Assembly: GCA_965261395.1 (NCBI GenBank)
Contig: OZ253462.1
Span: forward strand, 3,968,001 to 4,032,000
Direction of reading: 5' to 3'
DNA length: 64,000 nt
Source of the DNA: Candidatus Latescibacterota bacterium
Lineage (GTDB): Bacteria; Latescibacterota; UBA2968; UBA8231
Shown here: positions 57,794-64,000 of the stretch, piece after piece
How positions within the stretch are numbered: the first letter of the stretch is position 1
Layout: each line of letters opens with the position of its first letter
Made by a program: the position numbers and the translations under genes
The notes under the pieces: model-generated
Told to the model about the DNA's origin: nothing
What the model saw: only the letters and a program-made list of their open reading frames with translations
The model's database searches: none

Positions 57794-59116
57794 ATGATGC
57801 GCGACTTGCTGGCCGGAACCGGTGGTGCCCGGATCACTCCACCAATCGGCTTCCCCATGGGCGGGTACGGTGCCCGCGACCACGGGGCCGAGGGCGTACA
57901 CGACCACCTCAACACCCACGCCCTGTTCCTCGACGACGGCTCGACCCAGGCCGTGATCATCGCCAACGACCTGCTCGGCATGCGGGCGGAGCAGGTCGCT
58001 GGCGTGCGCGAGATGGTGCACGCGGCGACGGGGGTGCCCGCGGCCCACGTATTCCTCGCCTTCTCGCATACGCACGGCGGTCCGCTGATGTACTCTGACT
58101 TTTCGGCGCTGGGGGAACAGGTTTCCACCTACATCGACGCGGTGAGCCACTACATGGCCGGTGCCGCCCTGCAGGCGGCCACCTCGGCGGTGCCCGTGCG
58201 CTGGGGCACGGGCCGTCATCCGCTGCAGGTCGGCGTCAACCGCCGGGAGCGACAGGCCGATGGCACGACCCGCATCGGCGTCAACCCCGACGGAGCGGTG
58301 GCGCCTTGGGTTGACGCGGTGTGGTTCGAGCGCGACGACGGCGGTCCGCTGGCGGTGATCTACCAGCACGCGGCCCACGGGACCTGCCTAGTGAACGACA
58401 ACTACCTGTTCACAGCCGACTGGATCGGCTACGCCATGCAGTTGATCGAGTCCCAACTGCCGAGTGTGACGGCGCTGTTCGTCAACGGCTGTGCCGGCAA
58501 CATCAACCCCCATCCGCGCGGCACCTTTGCCCTTGCCGAGCGCCACGGTACTAGGGCCGGTGCCGCGGTGCTGCAGACGGTGTTGGACCGAGCCGACCTG
58601 AGACGGGGCGGCCGGCTGCGCTGTGCCCGGCACGCCTTTGAGCTGCCCCTCCAGCCCATGCCGTCGCAGCAGGAGTGCGAGCGCGAACTGGCGAAGTGGG
58701 AACCGGCCTTTCGCCAACTCAAGGGCGAGCACCACCGGAACTGGCATGTCTGCCGCCATTACTTTGCCGCAAAGGAGCGGGTCGCGGCGTGTCAGAGCGG
58801 CTCGGTGGCCACGGGCTTGCCCCTAGAACTGCAGGTCGTGGCCTTGGACGACGTGGCCCTCATTGGCCTGCCGGGAGAAATTTTCGTCGAGACGGGGCTG
58901 GCCATTGCCGAGGCATCACCCTTCTCCTTGACCCTGCCCGTGGGGTACGCCAACGGCTCCATCGGATACGTGCCGACGAGTGAGGAGGTGCCCTACGGAG
59001 GGTACGAGGTCCTCGATGCGCGGGCGTGCCACCAGGGGCGCTTTCTGCGCGACGACGCGGATCGGGTCCTGACCGCCGGTGCGTTGCGGGCGCTGGAACT
59101 GGCTGCGGCGGAGTAA
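57794..59116 (+). CDS. Neutral/alkaline ceramidase-like hydrolase
   Basis: ITPPIGFPMGGY, GVHDHL, SHTHGGP, GCAGNINP, PGEIF, GYANGSIGYVP, GGYE. Confidence 0.75.
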   Translation: MMRDLLAGTGGARITPPIGFPMGGYGARDHGAEGVHDHLNTHALFLDDGSTQAVIIANDLLGMRAEQVAGVREMVHAATGVPAAHVFLAFSHTHGGPLMYSDFSALGEQVSTYIDAVSHYMAGAALQAATSAVPVRWGTGRHPLQVGVNRRERQADGTTRIGVNPDGAVAPWVDAVWFERDDGGPLAVIYQHAAHGTCLVNDNYLFTADWIGYAMQLIESQLPSVTALFVNGCAGNINPHPRGTFALAERHGTRAGAAVLQTVLDRADLRRGGRLRCARHAFELPLQPMPSQQECERELAKWEPAFRQLKGEHHRNWHVCRHYFAAKERVAACQSGSVATGLPLELQVVALDDVALIGLPGEIFVETGLAIAEASPFSLTLPVGYANGSIGYVPTSEEVPYGGYEVLDARACHQGRFLRDDADRVLTAGALRALELAAAE

Positions 59117-59121
59117 GTTGC

Positions 59122-60297
59122 ATGGATTATCTCGCAGCGCTCCTGGCCGGCGTTGAGGGCCTGAGACCGCGGCTGCCGGCCATCTCAGAGGCCGCCGACC
59201 AGGTCGCCGGACGCTTGGCGGCGGACGGACGACTATTGCTGGCTAGTGCGCGGCCGGATTTCACGTCGGAGGGGTTCGTCCGCTCCGGTGGGCTGATGCT
59301 GGCCGAGGAGTGGACATCTGAGACGGCGCTGTCGCCGAATGACGCGGTGATCCTCGGCTGGTCGGGTGCCCCGCCGGACCAGGAGTTGGAGTTGTTGCGG
59401 GATCTGCGTGCCTCGGGTGCCCTGATCGTCGGCATTGGGCCGGCCGCGTGGGCTGGGGCGGATTCGCAGTTGGGCGCCGACCTATTCCTGGAGAGCTCGA
59501 TCCCCCTGCCAGAGGCAGTGACCGCTCCCTTCGGCGGCGAGAGCTACCCGCTGATCTCCCTGCAGAATCTAGTCGTACTGTGGACCTTCACTGGTGAGGT
59601 CGTGGCCGCCTTGACTCGGATCGGGCGGATGCCTGCCATGTATCAGAGCGTGCTGGTGGCAGGGGCGAGGGATCGCAATGCCCGGTTTGCCGACTCGCGT
59701 TTCCACCAGACACACCAAGTGCCGGCGATTCCTCCGGGACAGGTTGGTGGGGAGTATCTAGACGCAATCGGAGAGATTCTGCGCGCTTTGATCGAGGAAG
59801 AGGCGAGGGCGATCGAGCGCGTCGGTGCGGTCTGCGCCGAGGTCTTCGATGCCGGCCGCGTCATCCATGCGGGGATGATCTCACACTTTCCCGTGCATCA
59901 GCACGGAGCGCCGGGCGATCCGCTGTACATGCGTCGCCTAGGCGCGCTCGATGGGGAGTCTCCGTCGAGCGCCGAACTCGAGCGCGAGCTGCAGTTAGGG
60001 GATCTGTTCTTCTTCCTCGGATACTACCGACGGCCAACGCAAGCTTACCGGGCCGCGCGCCGGGCGGGTGCGCGGATCGTCGAGGTGATCGCGGGGGACG
60101 GAGCGGACGGCCCGCCGCAACCGGATTACGTCATCCGGCCAAAGTGGCCCTTCGGCGATGCGGTGACGCGGGTGCCGGGGTACGACGTAGAGATCTTGCC
60201 CAGCTCAGGGATCGTGCAAGCGGCGATTTACTGGGCCGTGGTGGCGTCGATCTGGCAGGAGCTCGCCGAGCGGTCCGCGTCTACTCGTATTCTGTGA
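59122..60297 (+). CDS. Hypothetical protein, possibly tandem SIS-like domains
   Basis: In operon; two alpha/beta halves, RSGGLM, MPAMYQSV, ILPSSG. Confidence 0.55.
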   Translation: MDYLAALLAGVEGLRPRLPAISEAADQVAGRLAADGRLLLASARPDFTSEGFVRSGGLMLAEEWTSETALSPNDAVILGWSGAPPDQELELLRDLRASGALIVGIGPAAWAGADSQLGADLFLESSIPLPEAVTAPFGGESYPLISLQNLVVLWTFTGEVVAALTRIGRMPAMYQSVLVAGARDRNARFADSRFHQTHQVPAIPPGQVGGEYLDAIGEILRALIEEEARAIERVGAVCAEVFDAGRVIHAGMISHFPVHQHGAPGDPLYMRRLGALDGESPSSAELERELQLGDLFFFLGYYRRPTQAYRAARRAGARIVEVIAGDGADGPPQPDYVIRPKWPFGDAVTRVPGYDVEILPSSGIVQAAIYWAVVASIWQELAERSASTRIL

Positions 60298-60304
60298 GGT
60301 AGAA

Positions 60305-61381
60305 ATGGTAAACAGCACGGAGACAACAACAGTTCAGCTCGGCAGCGGAGAAAAGCTGACGATCGAGGTATGCGAGCCACCCTTTCCCGGCGGAGAGCAC
60401 AGCCTCTGCTGGTGGGGGGATATTGCCGCTGACCTGATGGGAGGGAACCTGCGACCTTGGCTGTACACGCCCTATTACCTAGGGAAAATCGACGGAGAGG
60501 TGGTGGGCTACATGGGCTGTCAGACCCCCGCGGATACGCGCGAGGTGGGGCTCGTCGAGTTCGTCTGGACTGCCGAGGCGCATCGGCGCAAGGGGATCGC
60601 TTCGCTCTTGCTTGGCCGACTCGTGGAGGAGTTCGCGCAGGCTGGGGGGTTGGCTCTCTACCTGTGTACGGCCAACCCCCATGCCGGCAGCCTGTACGAG
60701 CGCCACGGATTCCGCTATTTCATCGGAGATGGGATGCGCTACTTGGCACCCGGTGCCAGCGACTTTGACCGCGACTACCTCGATGGCGGCGGTCCGGCCG
60801 AGGTTCGCGACGCCACTTGGGCCGATTTGCCGGGGGCTTCAGTGCTCTACAACCATCCCGAGCCGAGGTGGATCGTCAAGGACTACCTGAGCCAGAGTTT
60901 TCGCGACACCCGCTACGAGAGTCACTTTGTGAAGACCTTGCGGCGCTTAGAAGATCGGCGGGGGTTCTGCCTCGCGCTGGAAAACGCCAAGCGCCGCGTG
61001 GTTGGTCTGGCCACGGTCGAACGGCGGGAGACCTTTGCCGAGCAGCACACGGGCATATTGAGTTTTCGCGTGGCACCGGCCTTCAGCGGCCAAGCCGCGG
61101 ATTTGCTCGGTGCGGTGGTCGAGCGGTGCGCGGCCTTGGATATCACGGTCCTGCATGTCTATCTGGCGGACTGCGATGCCGATCAGAAGCAGCTACTTGC
61201 GGAAGCGGGATTCGGCGAAGAGGCGCGCTTTAAGGGGCGGCTGTGGGTCGATGGGCGGTACGTGGATATGGTCGTGTACGCGCGAACCATAGCGCAGACG
61301 GCGACAGCTCTTTTCGATGAGGGCTACTACTACGGCGGGCGCAAGGACTGGCAGCGAGTGCGCGTCGCCAGTGCCGACTAA
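60305..61381 (+). CDS. Tandem GNAT acetyltransferase
   Basis: VWTAEAHRRKGIA, LYERHGF; second RimJ-like domain ending AGFGEEA...YVDMVVY. Confidence 0.82.
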   Translation: MVNSTETTTVQLGSGEKLTIEVCEPPFPGGEHSLCWWGDIAADLMGGNLRPWLYTPYYLGKIDGEVVGYMGCQTPADTREVGLVEFVWTAEAHRRKGIASLLLGRLVEEFAQAGGLALYLCTANPHAGSLYERHGFRYFIGDGMRYLAPGASDFDRDYLDGGGPAEVRDATWADLPGASVLYNHPEPRWIVKDYLSQSFRDTRYESHFVKTLRRLEDRRGFCLALENAKRRVVGLATVERRETFAEQHTGILSFRVAPAFSGQAADLLGAVVERCAALDITVLHVYLADCDADQKQLLAEAGFGEEARFKGRLWVDGRYVDMVVYARTIAQTATALFDEGYYYGGRKDWQRVRVASAD

Positions 61382-61422
61382 CCTATTGTCGCCGTGTGCT
61401 TTAACCGCTATATATTATTGGC

Positions 61423-62559
61423 TCAAGCGATTTTATTCTTCTCGATATAATCCCAGTTGATATTCATCCCCAGCCCAGGCCGTTGGGGGACGTGGACAAA
61501 ACCCTGCTCGTCCATCAGTTCGCCGTGCTCGTGCAGCCAAGGGGCGGGCTGGTCGAAGTCGATGAAGGGGTGTAACAGGCCGCGTTCGTAGAATTCGCCG
61601 TTGTGCATGGCGCACAGGGCGTGCAGGTTGCCGGGGCCACCGCCGTGGATTTCGCAGCGCATGCCAAACGACTCGCACAGATGCACGGTTTTCATCAGTG
61701 GGGTGAGGCCGCCCACGTCGCCCACGCCGCAGCGGCTGATATCACAGGCACCGGCTTTGATCCACTCGGCGCGCACGTACATTTTGCCCTCGCAGGTCTC
61801 CGGGCCGCAAATCGGCAAGCTGGTCTGCTCGCACAGCCAGATGTAGGACGACATGCTGTGTTCGTCCATGGGTTCTTCCATCCAGTAATAGTCGAGCTTT
61901 TCTAGTTCCTTGGCTAGGAATAGGGCGGCCTCGCGGTCGTAGTAGTGGTAGGGGTCGAGCATACAGGGCACGTCGGGACCGACCACCTCGCGCACGGCGG
62001 CGCAGGCTTCAATGTCGCGCTTGGGGTCGGGCGCGCCGGCGTAGGGCGGTTGCCAGGTGTGCAATTTGAAGGCGGGGTATCCGCGCTCCATGCACCACTG
62101 GGCGTAATTGGCGTAGTCCTCGGGAGTGGCTAAGCCGCCTTTGAGGTCGTCGCCGCACATGGTGGAGGCGTAGGCCGGCACTTTGTCGCGCAAGCCGCCC
62201 AATAGTTTGTACACGGGTTGATCTAGGGCGCGTCCGGCCAGGTCCCACAAGGCTAGGTCAACGGCCGTGAGCACTTGGTCGGACAGCGTGCCCATGTTGA
62301 GCCGCTGGCGATGGTTGAGGTCGCGCCAGATTTTTTCGCGGTACAAGGGGTCTTCGCCGACTATGGCGGGTTTGACAATGCTGTCTATGGCTTGGGCATT
62401 AGCGCCAAACCAGTACCCGGAGACGCCTGCGTCGGTGTCTATTTGCAGCAGGGTTTGGGTGGTTTCGCGCTCGGGGCCGGGATGGCCGTGGCCGTCGGAG
62501 TCGCGCACGGTATTGGTGATGGTTTTGAAGCGGATGGTCTCTACTTGGGTGATTTTCAT
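61423..62559 (-). CDS. Mandelate racemase/enolase superfamily dehydratase
   Basis: AVDLALWDLAGR, FKLH, MLD, WMEEP, GPE, PQRPGLG. Confidence 0.9.
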   Translation of the reverse strand: MKITQVETIRFKTITNTVRDSDGHGHPGPERETTQTLLQIDTDAGVSGYWFGANAQAIDSIVKPAIVGEDPLYREKIWRDLNHRQRLNMGTLSDQVLTAVDLALWDLAGRALDQPVYKLLGGLRDKVPAYASTMCGDDLKGGLATPEDYANYAQWCMERGYPAFKLHTWQPPYAGAPDPKRDIEACAAVREVVGPDVPCMLDPYHYYDREAALFLAKELEKLDYYWMEEPMDEHSMSSYIWLCEQTSLPICGPETCEGKMYVRAEWIKAGACDISRCGVGDVGGLTPLMKTVHLCESFGMRCEIHGGGPGNLHALCAMHNGEFYERGLLHPFIDFDQPAPWLHEHGELMDEQGFVHVPQRPGLGMNINWDYIEKNKIA

Positions 62560-62718
62560 GCGTCGTCCTTTCGCGGATGGCGATCTTGGTCGCCGGTGAT
62601 AAGCAATCGTAAATCATTCATAAGATAATCCGCAGATGGACGCAGATGGGCGCAGAATAGTAGAAACAAGACGATCCGCATCTCGAATCGTTCAAGTCAT
62701 TCGGGATTGCTATAGTAG

Positions 62719-63435
62719 TCAAACCCCGCTCTCTGCAATTAGTCGCCCGACAATCTCCACGGACCGCTCCATGCACTCCCGCCCGTATGCGGCGCTGGCG
62801 TCGCGTGGGTCTTGGCCGCCGACCCCTTGCGGCCACACGCTCCGATCGGCAGACAACCGCCCGAGGTCCACCAAATCCTCCCGATAGTGCATCACCAGCG
62901 ACGTTTCGTTACGCGCGGCGTGGTCCATTTGGCTTTTCCATTCTCGCGCTACTTCATCCGTAACTCCCGCCAGCTTGAGGCCGAAGCGCTGTTCCCGTTC
63001 GGCCAGAGCTTCGCGCCAAGCTCTGCGGCTCGGCCCGTGTCCGTCGGCGAATACAAATTTGAAACCCGCGCGCTTGATTTGCTCTAAGATCGCATCGACT
63101 AGCATTCCGAAAAGCCCGTTCGACACCCAGTAGCAACTACCGTCTAGTTGCCGGTGGGGCTCGGTGCTGTCGGCGTAGTCCATGCCCTGGAGCACTTCGC
63201 CCTCGCCGCGGTCCCACGCCCGATCCGGCCCAAGGTGAATTGGCGGCATGACGATCCCGCCAAAGCGCTTGGCGCACTCGATCATCAGCTCTTCGCTCTG
63301 GATCGCGTCGCTGCCCAACGGCAAGTGCTCGCCGTGCCATTCGAGTGTGCCCAGCGGCAGATACGCCACCGGCCTAGCCGCCAGCCGCTGGCGAAATTCC
63401 CACGGCAACAAATCGGAATATCTGACCTTTTCCAT
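62719..63435 (-). CDS. Creatininase family protein
   Basis: PLGTLEWHGEHLPLGSD, DGHG, DHAARNETS. Confidence 0.9.
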   Translation of the reverse strand: MEKVRYSDLLPWEFRQRLAARPVAYLPLGTLEWHGEHLPLGSDAIQSEELMIECAKRFGGIVMPPIHLGPDRAWDRGEGEVLQGMDYADSTEPHRQLDGSCYWVSNGLFGMLVDAILEQIKRAGFKFVFADGHGPSRRAWREALAEREQRFGLKLAGVTDEVAREWKSQMDHAARNETSLVMHYREDLVDLGRLSADRSVWPQGVGGQDPRDASAAYGRECMERSVEIVGRLIAESGV

Positions 63436-63448
63436 GGACCTTTCTCCT

Positions 63449-64000
63449 TCAATGTTGCGAAATTCGATAGCCCGGTCGTTCCGGCTTGAACAAATCGGGA
63501 TTTAGCCTAACGCCCAAGCCGCTGCCTTGGGGCAGATTCACATATCCGCCGTTGATTTCCACCTCCACGTCGATCAGTTCTCGATACACCGTTTGGATCT
63601 GCGCCCGCACGGTTTCCTGATAGCAGCAATTGGCTACTGCGGCTCCCACGTGCAAGCCGGCAAAGAGCGTCAGCGGGCCGGTGCAGTCGTGCATGCTGAC
63701 CGGCACATTATAGGTCTGCGCTAGGTGGGCGATCCGCGCGGTCTCGGAAATCCCGCCGACCCAGGTCGGGTCAATCATCACGTAGTCGGCGGCTTGGTGC
63801 ATCAGCACGGAGTTGTAATCGGCCCGGCTCAACAGCATCTCGCTTACTGAGATCGGCATCCGGCTCTGGCGGCGGAAGTCGGCGACTGTGTCGAGGTTGT
63901 CCATCTTGATCACGTCTTCCAGCCACAGCGGCGCGACTTCGCGCAGGGCCTCGGCAATGCGCAGTGCCGCTGGGAGCTGGAAATGCGCGTGGCCATCGAC
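63449..64000 (-). CDS. Mandelate racemase/enolase superfamily protein (C-terminal part; start beyond window)
   Basis: Frame open to window end: DGH...WLED...SVSE...WVGGISE...HDCTGP...GSGLG. Confidence 0.85.
   Translation of the reverse strand, partial: VDGHAHFQLPAALRIAEALREVAPLWLEDVIKMDNLDTVADFRRQSRMPISVSEMLLSRADYNSVLMHQAADYVMIDPTWVGGISETARIAHLAQTYNVPVSMHDCTGPLTLFAGLHVGAAVANCCYQETVRAQIQTVYRELIDVEVEINGGYVNLPQGSGLGVRLNPDLFKPERPGYRISQH

Overview
GC-rich bacterial DNA. The gene content suggests Ca. Latescibacterota or a Poribacteria-like sponge symbiont (inference): many Gfo/Idh/MocA and enolase-superfamily enzymes, FlgD-Ig and SWGQIK-tailed secreted proteins, and an LRR/leishmanolysin lipoprotein. 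Positions 1-21.7 kb and 46.8-64 kb are mostly catabolic and transport genes, with a small ATPase/DUF4276/nuclease islet at 51.7-54.9 kb. Between a Gfo/Idh/MocA gene (ends 21672) and a convergent 2OG-Fe(II) oxygenase (ends 46809) lies a ~25 kb accessory region with no integrase. It holds a type 3 BREX locus in which an Hna-like helicase-nuclease occupies the usual brxHII slot. Next comes a second, skeleton BREX copy: only the gfo tail/brxF head, the pglX tail and the pglZ head survive as short diverged arms, bracketing a different defence cargo (PHP-ATPase plus AlbA_2 protein) in the same slot. The region is also punctuated by same-orientation fragments of the oxygenase 3' end, giving a cassette-array look. 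All family calls come from motifs read by eye; no database searches were run.
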